Positions 1 through 12,254 of a stretch of 64,000 bases of DNA are shown here, one piece after another. The stretch is taken from the NCBI GenBank assembly GCA_038496445.1, contig JALMLS010000423.1:217445-281444 (forward strand). The letters run 5' to 3'. Origin of the DNA: Trichosphaerium sp. ATCC 40318. Its lineage: Eukaryota > Protista > Tubulinea. Position numbers and translations under genes: made by a program. Each line of letters begins with the position of its first letter. Position 1 is the first letter of the stretch. A model generated the notes under the pieces. It was not told the DNA's origin and made no database searches. It saw nothing but the letters and a program-made list of their open reading frames with translations.

Positions 1-833
1 TGAGTTCGTTGTCTTCGTTATCAATACACATAATAAAATACAAACTGGCGTATCTACCAACAGAAATAAATACAAAGCGTTTCAACGTCAGAACAAAAAG
101 AAAAACAAAAAAGCTCATAGAACTACGCCTGGCGTAGCGTAATCAGTGGGTGGCAGTTATTTGTTACTTGTCTTTTCAAATAAATTGCTACGAAGCGGAG
201 ATATCCTCAACGTGTCAAAACTACGCGAGCTATCGCGTTGGCACTACTGTACGCCTGATATGTAATTATTGCTTGATTGCATACCTTCGGTATACAAGTT
301 TGTATTTCTTCCACTCTAGAAAGTTGCATAGGCGCGCAGGCCTGTTTAGGACCAAATTTACAGTTTCTCTGAGGATCTTTGCGCGTTCTTTTTGTGTGAA
401 GGGTTGGTACCACTTGGTGAGACGTGTTTTACCCTAAATATGAACAGTTAGTAAACTAACACGTCTAGTTGTAACGAGATACCTGGCGACTAACTAAAAG
501 AACGAAGCGTATCTATAAAGTGTCAGTGAGAATGTAACAGCAAAAAGTAAGCTAATTCAACCGATCGGTGTGTTGAACTGAAGATCTCGGTTAAAAGCTT
601 GTGGTGCCTTACGAACAACAAACAAGCAATTACTTGCTTGGTGTGGCAATAACCTGCGTGCTCAACAATGCTGTAAAAAATAGACGCACCATTTGTTTTA
701 TGCTTGGCCTAGAAAGTGTCAACGGCTGTTGGTGTTTGATCAAACTAAACGTTGACTTCCAAAGTCTGACACCAAAAAAAAATCCTAGTGAAACAGCTCT
801 AAATTTTCTTATTCACAGAGACGGCAAGACGCA

Positions 834-2967
834 ATGGAGGAACCACCATATGATCCAGATGCTCCTTACGACCCTACTAATTTCGTTGGTATGTATTTTG
901 TACCTTATTTCTCTTATTTACCATTACTATAGAGCCAGAAGGTGATGCAATGGAACAGTATGGCAACTAACACTATTATAACCGCTAACCGTTCTAGGGA
1001 CATTACTACGCCTCCAGGTACACCAGATGGACCTCCACCAGACCAAGCACCAGCAGTACGTCATGTTCAAATGTCTCATTTCAATAACTTTGACAAGGAG
1101 ACAGTAACCGACGCTACGACGCAAGTCAACGAACCAGCTGTGTAAGAAATAGGATTTTGTGAATATTACTTGCAGTGGCATGTGGCATGGCTCAAACCAT
1201 GAGCACACGCCGTTGCTAGCAAAGTTCGCTGCATGTACCAACAATACTGACAAAAAATAGCGAAGCTGCAGACGATAAAGAAGCTTCAGGCGAGGAATAC
1301 TCTTCAGATGACGAAGACGATATAGAGCTCGTAGTAGATGAAGTACGTCCTGTCATTTTTATATCTATTTTCTTCACTGTTGGATCATGAGGCTTCTGTA
1401 CGCGAGCGTACATTAACGGCGTTATTTTTAAGTTCGCTTGCACGTTTTCCTTACCATTTATTTTCTTATGTAGTCTGTCGTTAAAGATACAGCACCTGTT
1501 CCGACACAAGCTCCAGGAGGAGCACCAGGCGCTCCAGGAAGTGCACCTCCTGCCAAGTTTCAATCTCATCATCAAACATATCAAAGAGGACAAGAAGGAA
1601 CGCCAATAAGTATTTCTATTGGTGGTACAACAACAAAGGCATGTTTTTTTTTGTTTTTTTTTGTTTTTTTTTTTTGATGTCAGAGCGTCTCTGTTTATGT
1701 ATTTAACGATGTATTACTTACTCTCTATCATTAGGGCATAAACGCACCCTTTAACTCAAGGCGGATACCTCAATTTCAAACTCCAGATAATGCTCCAACT
1801 ATTTTTGAATTAGATATTGACTCATTAGAAGAAAAACCTTGGCGTAACCCTGGTACACATGCTCTTTCTTTTTTTTTTTTTCTTCAATCTCCATTGAACC
1901 AAAATCACTAAAGAGGCTTCGTGATGCCTCTCATTTCTGTAACACAATTTGTCTTGTCAATTGTGCGAACACGTCTAATTTAACTTTGTTAGGTGCTGAT
2001 ATTACAACATATTTTAACTACGGTTTCAATGAAGATACTTGGCGTCAGTATTGTCAAAAGCAAATTTCAATGCGACTTGATAATGGTGCAAACCCTTCAA
2101 GTGATCCTGTTCAAGGAGGTCAACCAAAGATATTCCCAGATCCATTACCACAGACTTCAAGACCACCATCACACCGACATAGAAACAGAGACCAGGTAAA
2201 TACAACATCAGTAGCTTTATTTCTTATACATTTCTCTAGGATGACTCTGTCATACAAGAACTCACAGGGCCTGATAAAAATGATAAAAAACCACCTAAAC
2301 ACATGTCTGGTCCTCCACCACGTGGTGACTACCGTAATAGAGGTATGTGTCTTTATTTGTTAGTATAGACTTGTAATTTATTGTTTGTTAAAGGACCTCC
2401 TCCACAGTTTCCTCCTGGTATGCCACCGCCTCCATTTCACAGAGGTCCAAATGGTCCAAGAGGACCAATGCCTCCATTCCCACCTGGTATGCCACCTCCA
2501 CCTGGGTTTTTTAGAGGAGGACCTGGAGGATTCAGACCACCACCAAACATGCGTGGAATGCCACGACCTTTTGATGGGTAATCGATTTTTCTTCCTTTCT
2601 GTGTTCATTTCTCTGACTCTTTGTTGTAGTAGAGGTAGACCGCCTTTTGATAGACGTCATCGTAGAGATGATAGAGAAGGTAGGGATGGAAGAGACAGAG
2701 AAAATAGGGATAGAGATGGGAGAGATAGAGAAGGTAGAGATAGTAGAGATAGAGATGGTAGAGATAGTAGAGATAGTCGAGATCGTGATGATAGGGATGG
2801 ACATCGTGATAGGAGGCGAGATGATAAAGACAGAAGAGATAGGTAAATCATTTAATTCACTTGTACTTTTTCTTCTGACACTTGTGTTAAGGCGAAAACG
2901 GGATCGTTCTGGCTCTAGAGAACGTAGTGACCGTGAGCGTAAGGATAAGCGTAAAAGACGTAGATGA
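834..2967 (+). CDS. FIP1: Pre-mRNA 3'-end processing factor FIP1 (multi-exon)
   Basis: Spliced exons give the Fip1 motif [19 protein letters not shown]|[23 protein letters not shown], an acidic N-terminal part, a Pro/Gly-rich segment and an RD/RE-rich C-terminus. One intron starts GC at 1639. Confidence 0.93.
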
Positions 2968-3394
2968 GCTGAGTAGGCGATTTAAAGCGCAATTGTAAAT
3001 AATAAGTAAAAAACAAGCCAGTTTATGAGTAGGCTCTTTTCCTAAAAAAACGTTGTGTTATGTTTTATTGGTTACAAGGCTTATAGCATTAAGTTACAAG
3101 TTCGTTTGCTGCCGAAGTTTTGGCTCGCACATAAGTCACTGTAGTTTGAGGCCTAGTACTGCAGGCTGATCCTCAAGTACAATGGTGGCGACGCAGGGAT
3201 TTCCCTTTACGTGGCGTTGTCCCGGCAAACTCGGACCAAAGTTAATGTCAAAGAATAATATGTTTACACCAACTTAAGGTGTTAAGTTGGTGTAAAAAAC
3301 ACAGTTTAGCATCAATTTTTTGGCGTTTATACGTGTTGTATCTTTTGCTAGTTTTGGGACCGTTTGGAGTGTACTGATTGTAAAAAAACTAAAT

Positions 3395-4776
3395 ATGGCG
3401 TCTGATGAGCGGGTAACGGTTTGGGGGTTTTATCCTTGTCATCACGCTTGTTTCTAGGTGTCTAGCTTACCTATGGAAATATATAGTCTAATAATTGCAC
3501 AATTAGACCAAGAGCCTGATTTGGTGGCAGTAGCATGGACTTGTGTAGCGTTTTCCAGTATATGTGTTAATAAATTATTGAACGACGCCAAAACAAATGG
3601 TACACAAAATACCTAAAACTGTTCTTTTGACTCTATTTTTGAGGTGTGTACGACTTTAGCAAAATGAAGAAAGACAGATTCCAAAGAGCATCAGAACACG
3701 TGTTATCGTTAGGTATGTAATTGTAGTTAAAATTTACAATCACGTGATTGGCACATGTTAACGTTAAAGTACATAGAGCGGATGAAGAGTTCCGTTGTTG
3801 CTTCTTTTCTGAATAAAGTTATTTTCAGGCAGCCTAAGAGCTATGTTGATTCTCTCCCCAAGCCTGTTGATACCACAATAAGAATCTTCTTGATTGGCAA
3901 CAAAGCGAGTGGTGAGTTTTTAAATTGGTTAACGAAAGAACTTAACAAAACAAAAAGGTAGCACACAGCTGGTTGAGCGCTTTACAAAAAACTCCTTTAC
4001 TGAGGCTTACAACCCTAAATTGGGCGATCTTGACATGGTGCAATTCTTTATAACACCATTGACTTAAGTTAACCCACTTGTAGACACGAATAACACGTGA
4101 TGTTGGTGGCTTTACCATGTATTGGACTATTGTAAGTACCAGTATAGTTATTTAGCTTGTTGACTTATCTTCAGAAACACACACGTATGTACCAGCAAAG
4201 ATTCTATATTGGGCTCAATAAGGCTGACTGTGTTGTTGCTTGTTGTGATGTTACTAGTGAGGAGAGTATGTACAATGTATTGGCGTTAATGTAACTAATG
4301 ATGTTAGGTTGGAATGGGGTAAAGGAGAAATGGATACCTGCAGCTAATGAATATGGTTCTGACAGTGCAATCATTGTTGTTGGACTCCTTAAAACCGATT
4401 TGGTACATAAACGCGTTGTATCAACACAGGAAGTGAAGGTGTGTAGCTTTCGTAGAAGTTGCTTTTCTAATACCAGTTTCTTGTCTTGAAACTATAAATT
4501 CCTATTTTTTTCCGTTTTGGCGATTATTAAGTTTTGTAACAACTAATCAACTTATTTTCAATAGGACTTCTGTGCACCACTCAAAATTTGTGTTATAGAA
4601 ACTAGTGCTAAAACGGGAAGAAATGTTAAGATGTTATTTGAGTACCTTGCTAAAGCTTACATAAGACGTAGGGATGAACTTGAAGTTCAACAAAACTTGT
4701 TCAACGGGTAATTGTAAAGAAGTTAAGGATATTTGTTAGCATAAATAAATGTAGGTCCACCCACACTTGTGGTTGA
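3395..4776 (+). CDS. F-box + Ras/Rab-like (pseudo)GTPase fusion (multi-exon; 3' end at 4711 or 4776)
   Basis: The N-terminus VSSLPMEIYSLIIAQLDQEPDLVAVAWTCVAF is F-box-like. Small-GTPase fold motifs follow: RIFLIGNKASGSTQLVERF, ADCVVACCDVTSEES, IIVVGLLKTDL, VIETSAKTGRNV. Confidence 0.8.
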
Positions 4777-5003
4777 AATATACGTTGCTGTAAGTAATTA
4801 CAAGGCCCCAGAACCTAAAAAACAACACCTTTTTATACTTTTTTTCTTCTTTTAAAGAGCTCAATCACATGCTCTCTTGTGTAAATACAAAATAGTCTTA
4901 CCACTCCCAGTTGACACCAGCTGATATTCTAACATAGACATGAACACAAATTTAGAAAAAGGATATTTATTGGTGAGTCTGAGAAGTATGCTGACAATAC
5001 TAA

Positions 5004-6412
5004 TTAGTTTCTGTTCCTTTGTAATTCTGCAAGACATATTACTTTAACATCAAATGTGGTAATTTTATGAACGCCAACAAGAGCTATTATACCTTCATCT
5101 GTTATCTTCTTACAATAACTAATATCAATTTCATGAACGCCAGCGAGAGCTTTTATCCCTTCATCTGTAATATTACAATAGGCAAGATTAATTGTATGAA
5201 CACCAGCGAGAGCTTTAAAACCTTCATCTGTTATCTTCTTACAATAACTAATATCAATTGTATGAACTCCAGCAAGAGCTTTTATTCCTTCATCTGTAAT
5301 ATCACAATGGGCAAGATTAATTGTATGAACACCAGTGAGAGCTTTAATACCTTCATTTGTTATGTTCTCACAATTTCTAATATCAATTGTATGAACTCCA
5401 GCAAGAGCTTTTATTCCTTCATCTGTAATATTACAATGGGCAAGATTAATTGTATGAACACCAGCGAGAGCTTTAATACCTTCATCTGTTATGTTAGTCA
5501 TACAATAACTAAGATCAATTGTATGAACTCCAGCAAGTGCTTTGAGGCCTTCATTCCTTATCTTTGTGCCTCTTAGATCAATTGTATGAACACCAGCGAG
5601 AGCTTTAAAACCTTCATCTGTTATCTTCTTACAATAACTAAGATCAATTGTATGAACTCCAGCAAGTGATTTTATCCCTTCATCCGTTGCATATGTGCTC
5701 CTGAGAGCAATTGTATGAATGCCAGCAAAAGCTTTTATACCTTCATCTGTTATGTTAGTACCACAGAGGCTAATGTTATGAACACCAGCAAGAGCTTTTA
5801 TTCCTTCATCCGTAACTTCATACAACAGCTAAGATTAATTGTATGAACTCCAGCAAGAGCTTTAATGCCTTCATCTGTTATTGAACAAAGGTTAAGCTGA
5901 ATTTTATGAACACCAGCAAGTGCTTTGAGGCCTTCGTTCCTTATCTCTGTGCCTCTTAGATCAATTGTATGAACACCAGCGAGAGCTTTAAAACCTTCAT
6001 CTGTTATCTTCTCACAATTTCTAATATCAATTGTATGAACTCCGGCAAGTGCTTTTATCCCCTCATCTGTAACATTTGCTTTAAACAGAGTAATATAACG
6101 AGCACCAGATAATAATTTGGCAATGTCATCAGTATCAAATGAGCTCAGTATGATTCTTGTGTGGCGTAGAGTACTTGAATGTTTTAAAACTGCTCTTGCT
6201 TGTTCGGCAGTCGAAATATGAACGCTACTGTATCCAATAATATCGTGAACGATAGATGCAAGGTGCTTTAGTCGTTTGACGTAATATAAGTGCTAAAATC
6301 TCCTCCGGAAGGTCTAATAGGCTTTCTTTCGGACTATGGAGCGATTACATTGGGTTTATACACTAATTTGCACGTACGTTTGATCTATGGTGTTAGATGT
6401 GCCTTTTTCCAT
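5004..6412 (-). pseudogene. F-box + LAGVHT-type leucine-rich-repeat gene with two apparent frame breaks (pseudogene or assembly error)
   Basis: ATG at 6412, a short intron, then F-box LLDLPEEILALILRQ. The frame breaks near 6270 and 5820. About 14 repeats of 24-25 aa (LAGVHTIDLSYCKKITDEGIKA) extend upstream of the 5004-5825 ORF to about 6080. Confidence 0.75.
5060..6075 (-). repeat. 72/75-bp tandem LRR-coding repeats with higher-order duplication
   Basis: Near-identical units such as ccttcatctgtta...aattgtatgaacaccagcgagagctt recur. The block at about 5531-5660 recurs at about 5921-6050. Confidence 0.9.
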
Positions 6413-7085
6413 CTCAAGTGGCTTATTTCGTATTTCGGGCTTAGGAGTGGTTACAAACAAGTTGAAATGAGATTATGAGTTATTTTAGGCTTAGAACAAG
6501 ACTATGTCCAAAAAAGGCCGTAATAAAACTGCCCGAATTTGATTGTTTTACCAAACGGTTTTGTTAATTTTATTCGACCATTCCCGCTCCTTTCTGTAAG
6601 TTCACAGTGTCATATCTATAACCCACTACGCTGAAAGAGTATTAACACACCACTGAGGTGGAACCTTACACGACAAGGAGGTGAGGAAAAAGTTGTGAAG
6701 TGATTTTGTGTGAGTGCCAATTCCTCATTCTAAAACTAGCTCATACCCGGTTTCACGAGAATGAGTCTATGCTCTATACACTATTACTACGCGCATAGAA
6801 CACTATCATAACAATTAGAGCGCCTCTGGTGGAGTTTTCTAGCAAAAGGAGAATAAAAACTGGATGTTCATCTAGGCCAGTAGTAAGATAGTGCTTAGGC
6901 TTAATTGAGCGTAGAAAAAGCGATATAGCGTATTTACAAGGACGGTGTAGAATTATTACAGAAATGGATAGTAATGCGGGATATTATTCTGCGAGTTTCA
7001 CCAGAAATGATTATGATGACAAACATACAACACAGTTTGTTCAAACTTGTAGAAACGTTTGAAGTTGTTGCACTTTAGATATTTT

Positions 7086-7282
7086 CTGAAAATTCCCGAT
7101 TTATCCCAGGATAGACTTTGATAACTCCAGGTGAAACAACAAGTGTAGCTGGAAACAGTGAGCTAGTGACAGATGACATTAGTAGAAGTAGATCTAACTG
7201 AAAATTCCCGCTTTATCTCCGGTGAAACAACAAGTTAGCTGGAAACAGTGAGAGTGAGAGACATTGTAAAGGAAAGATCTTG
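7086..7282. repeat. Degenerate tandem duplication (two copies, about 110-bp spacing)
   Basis: ctgaaaattcccg.tttatc...ggtgaaacaacaag..agctggaaacagtgag...gacatt occurs at about 7086 and again at about 7198. Confidence 0.8.
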
Positions 7283-7666
7283 CGCCCTACAATTATGAAC
7301 TTATGGTTCGAAAGAGCAGAACACAAGTTCACCAAAAGTCAACTTATTCTTTATTTGGTTAAATTACTGACTTGGTCCGAAAAACAGATGACATCATATT
7401 TACTACTAAACAGCGCATACATTCATACCACTACTGTATGGCGTAATAAGTTATTACATGTAATCTAACGCGTACATGACATAAATGTACGCATTCTAAC
7501 GTCATACAGTGTTAGGTAGGACTAAAGATCCATTTAATACTGTGAATCTAGCGTACAAAAGCACAATTACGTCACATCCCATTTTAGTTAAAACTACAAA
7601 GTAAAAACTACAAACTTAAATACAGCGAGACATGAAAACTCAACATTATTCAAACAACACAACAAC

Positions 7667-8035
7667 ATGCGCACCTCAACACTGATACTATTATTTGTTC
7701 TACTAGCAACTGTTTTACTTGTTGCCGAAGCAAAAAAAAAGAAAAAGACCAAGTCTCGCAAGATCAAGCCAGGCCCAGAGTTGGAACATCCTGAACTGGG
7801 CAAAGATGACGATGACGATGACAATAACTCATTAGCTGGTCATGATAGAGAGGAACCCAACGTATGCATTAATTGAAATATCTATTTCTAACGCTATTAG
7901 TATACCTGCACAATCTCACCAGGAAAGGTATGGGACTCTTGCCGTTGCAGAAATAATTTATCAAAGTATCATTGTTGTAACTTCTTTTTTCCTTGTACAA
8001 ACAACTGCGACAAGTTTTTATCTTGTATGACTTAA
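7667..8035 (+). CDS. Secreted cysteine-rich prepropeptide (2 exons: 7667-7861, 7901-8035; 109 aa)
   Basis: Signal peptide MRTSTLILLFVLLATVLLVAEA, then polybasic and polyacidic segments. A 39-nt GTATGC..TTAG intron joins in frame to YTCTISPGKVWDSCRCRNNLSKYHCCNFFFPCTNNCDKFLSCMT*, which has 8 Cys. Confidence 0.8.
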
Positions 8036-8802
8036 CCAAAATCTTAATAAACGTATTCTATATGTCTGCATCCCTTAAAATGGTGAATTTCCTGTCATTT
8101 GTGGTGTACGGTATTATAACAATACAACAAAATTCGCACAGTTTTCATATTTTGGCCTGTTGCAAAGAAAACTCGCAGAATTAGCCTTCATAGCTTTTTG
8201 CACAAACAAGCTTCTAGCTTCAAAACATTTACAATCAATATTAAAGGATCACAATTTACCAATTAACAATCAAGAATTAAGTCAGATTATTATACAAGAT
8301 TCGTTTAAAATAGAATTGTCAACGTACGTTGGAATTATTGGTTTCACTGCAAAAGCATAAACTTGGGACGATGTCAGAATGTATTTTTTATATTTTAACA
8401 AAGTTGAACGATTAGTGAGGTGGTGGTAAAAATGCACAACGCGTAATAAATTGTCCTTTTACTGACTGTATTAATAACATTTATAGTTGGTGTATAGCAC
8501 TTTGTTTTTCATTGTCACATTGATCTGTATTTTTTATTCATATTTTAACACTAAGGTGTTTCGAGGGTACATACGTGACGTGGTAAGTCTTTCAAAGGCG
8601 ATGTAAGTACAACAGGATACCAAGCTGTAATTTGTACGGACAATGTAATAAAGTGTCCCTTTTAGTGCACTGTAAGCTAGTATTAACGAAACGGTATTCA
8701 ATAAGCTAAGTCTATTGGCATGTATTGTCTTCATCTATACTCCTGATTTCTAACTTGCACATTGTAGTCAAGCGAACTTTTAGAGACAGGCATTTTTTTA
8801 AT

Positions 8803-9115
8803 AATCAACATAGCATGCACTTAGTGTACAATGCGTCTGCACACTCTTCAGTAACATTAGTTCCATACAAAGTTATATATCGGACACCAAACAATGCTTT
8901 TATACCCTCATCTGTTACTAGTCTACATGCTTTCAAGTTGATAGTGTGTACGCACCCACAAACCACTAGAAGATGGAACACCTACCAACAGAAGAAAACC
9001 CGCAGTCGAAACTACTCAGCAATTATTCTGCCTCTTGGCTGCCAGTTGAATTAGTAGTTCATATTCTCAAGCGTGGGATGTTCACTCTTTGCTCAGCCCA
9101 AACATGCCTTACTGA
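8803..9115. pseudogene. Rearranged F-box/LRR remnant: LRR C-terminal piece on the - strand, F-box N-terminal piece on the + strand
   Basis: Minus strand about 8803-8950 reads VHTINLKACRLVTDEGIKALFGVRYITLYGTNVTEE...*. Plus strand from 8973 reads ...LPVELVVHILKRGMFTLCSAQTC, matching LPVEILVHILKHGTHRHRAAQTC of the 53191-53904 gene. Confidence 0.75.
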
Positions 9116-9333
9116 CAGGCATTTAAGCCTTCTTTTGCTAAGAAGTAAGGTTGTTGTAACGCTTCTTAGAACTTGTTTTCCACAACAAAGCATAGAAGTG
9201 GAGAGCAGAATGAAAATGAGTTTGATTACGAAAAAACACGTGTTCCGAGACATTCCTTCCTTTTACTGCTGAGGACAATCTGAAACACAATCATGCAATT
9301 ATTGAACCACAATCAAAATAGAAGTGTTTTATT

Positions 9334-10753
9334 CTATGTTATTTTATTCAATGGCAATAGAGAGGCTGAACTTCGTACAGTAACATCTCCACCATTATCA
9401 GGAGGACAAGACTTAAGCCTATGACAAGCAAGTGGATCTTGATTATATAAAGAAGGAAACAAATAATCAGGCGAACAAGGAGTACCAAAAGTTCCATTGT
9501 ACCTTGAAGTATGAGCAACTTGATGTGGACAGAAACCTTTAGTGTATGCAACAAATCTACTAAATCCACTTCTTGTACCAACAAGGACATCCACGTGATC
9601 AAGAAGAAAATAATCAAGCCAAAGTCTTAGAATGTCCTTATCACTTGTAACACTATCTTTTTCTTGTTTATCTTCATGAACAAGGCTGTGTTTTGGTATT
9701 CCAGGTACGAACACAATTCTATTTGGGTATCTATTTTTGAACACATTGGTGGCATTACTGTCATCAGCTGATATAAATATTGTATTGATTTTATCTCCAT
9801 AGCTATCAATACAATTATAATAAAGATCAAAATCTTGAAAGCTTCGAATACCTCCACTATCTCCGAAGTGACCAAGACGTATATGAATACCAATTGATTT
9901 TGTTTTGTTATCAAAGTTCTTTTTAACAAACTCATTGACAGTATTTATAATGAGCTTAGTTGGTTGTATTACAGCCATTGTAACCGCTCCAATGAGCATA
10001 TCAAAATCTGTACACATATAAGTACGACCACTTATCTCAGTTTGAAGTTCAAGTTTTTTTCTATCAATTTCACCGTTTGGAAAATAATAATGCCATTCCA
10101 GATCTTTTAATAGTTGTTGGCTGAATTGGTGTAAAACAAAGTAACTTTCTGGTGCTAGTATATCACCATTCATCACATAAATACTTTCATCACCAGCAGG
10201 AGAGAATCCTGAGATGTTCTTGTTAGCAACATACTGCGGATACCTACTTTCATCTAAAGTCCAATTAAATCTCCAACCAGTTACAGCTCTCCAATGAGGC
10301 ATTGAATTGACGTCAATGAAGAAAGCTCGCTCAAATTGTATTGCTTGTAAGAAAGCAGTCATTGTCCCTTTTATCTGATCTCCAAGTCCATTGCATCCGG
10401 ATATACATGATTGTATAAGAATCCGTTGTTTATTAAAAGGTTTTTTTAACTCTTTCTCTCTGAACGATACATATCTCGAAAGCCAAGGAGGATACTCTTC
10501 CAAGTTTGTGCTCCAGGAGGGTTTGCCTTTGTTGCCTTCCCTATATTGTTCACTCCAAGATTTTCTAGGGTGTAACGTTGGGTGAGGTGTTGGCGCTAAG
10601 GTAGGATTTGGTGTTGGTGCTAAGGTAGGGCTTGGTGTTGGCGCAAAAGTAGGATTTGGTGTTGGTGCTACGGTAGGACTTGGCGTTGGCGACATAGTGT
10701 CCGAACCAGTAGCTACTGGTGTAGAGGTTGATATATCCAATGTTAATTCTACC
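9334..10753 (-). CDS. GT-B fucosyltransferase (alpha-1,2/alpha-1,6/O-FucT superfamily, GT23/GT11-like); 5' exon(s) unresolved
   Basis: Motifs GCNGLGDQ, IGIHIRLGHFGD, IFISADD and DYFLLDHVDVLVGTRSGFSRFV. The N-terminal Pro/Thr stem is made of 8-aa (24-bp) TxAPTPxP repeats. A splice acceptor lies near 10753. Confidence 0.8.
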
Positions 10754-12254
10754 TAACAAAGCTTAGTGAGTAACAATAGAAGATTAAATTATTAAACACG
10801 TGTTAAAGAGTACTGTACTTTTTTTGGAGTAGGAAAATTGGTAAACGCATGGGGCTAAAAAAGGCACATGAACGGACTTAAGTCGGGTTTTTCATTTAAA
10901 GCTGGACATTTTTTTGTACACAACTTTAAGTGACGCAGTCACTTAAACTCTTTTTTGCAAAGAAATGGTATGTGAGCGGTCTTGTTTAGGCCAAATCTTC
11001 AGTAGTATGTCAAGTCATGTCAAGTTAACGCTTTAGTTGTTTTTTACTTTTTCGCCAAAAAGGAAACCCAGCAAACAGTCTTTATGCTTCAGTTTTGTTT
11101 TTTCAAAAATGTAGTACAGCGCCCTGCGGTCTCATTGCACATGTTTGTTATTGAAAGATTTTTTCTGTTGATAGTAAGGAAAAGGTACAGATTATGTCAG
11201 ACTGTGGTACAGTACGCTATTTGGCCCATTTACGCCACACTCTTAACAGTAAGAATTAATAATTTTGTGCTTTTCCCAAATTTGTTTAATGTTGTGTTTG
11301 GTTTTGCTATGCGCGTAAGGCATTAGTTACAAATTAATAGGTCTAAGGTTTTTCTCTGACATACAAGGTCCTCACGACAAAAACGTCAGAAGCTCAATTT
11401 GACATCTGGGATCACGTGATTGGTTTTATTGTACGTACGTTCTCGTCTGTAGCGATGTAACTACCTCTGGATGAGCGTTGTAATATATTGTAATCTCCGA
11501 TGAACAGATAGACTATAACGAGTACCACAACTACAGACATCGCTGGTGCTTGGCTTTTCTATTGTCAAACAACATTAGGTTTTTTTTAACAGTTTGTTAT
11601 ATTGTGTGTACAATAGCTTTCGTGATATCCACTATCGTGCCCATGCGTTTAAGGTGCTTTTGTCCCAAAATATCTTCAATCTCCTAAACAAAATCACAAC
11701 GTAACAAAATTGTGAGTTCAAATTTTCCCTTTTCTGCATTTCCAGTCACTTAATCATAGCTTTATTGTTCTCTTTGTTACTTGGATAATGTACATGTACG
11801 TTTTAGCTTAGTAGCATTTTAAAATCTTTTTTTTGTGAAATAAGTGCTCAATCTGACTTATTTCTCGGTCACGTGACAATTTAAAACACGAGATGTTGTT
11901 ATTATCATGATATCTACTTTCTGGGTTGATAAAAATTTTTTATATTTCACAGCATGGTAGAACGCACCATTTTAAGACATGGTAAAAAAAAAAAACCGCA
12001 CAAACTATAGATATCTACGGGTGACTTTGCTCAAAGTCATACTCTAATCTTTGTAGGGCAAGAGCATAAAATTTTCAGTTTTCTTTTTAGCTTAAGTTTT
12101 GCTTTATAGTTATCTGTGGGCATAAGGTATTCATTACAAAAGTTCGTAGCCATATAAAAATGTCCCAGTTAAGTGACACCTTCGCCGTTGTTTTTTTGAC
12201 CCTGGAACACTTCGCGTTGACTTACATCTTTTGTAGAGTAGCTATAATTGACTA

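Noticed and set aside
150-945. ORFs 150-437, 207-413 and 601-945
   Set aside because: No recognisable motifs; they lie in or overlap the FIP1 upstream region and are likely spurious.
2532-2967. Low-complexity ORFs (STISTIS, VEIVEI, SLLSLPS)
   Set aside because: Alternative-frame or antisense shadows of the FIP1 RD/RE repeat.
3148-3172. TGA-GGCCT...AGGCT-GA as a SECIS or K-turn
   Set aside because: The stem is too short for SECIS, the flanking canonical stem is missing, and there is no upstream in-frame TGA selenoprotein.
5060-6075. Regular repeats that might suggest a CRISPR-like array; antisense ORF 5067-5576
   Set aside because: The units are contiguous codon-multiple LRR repeats with no unique spacers or cas genes; the + ORF is their shadow.
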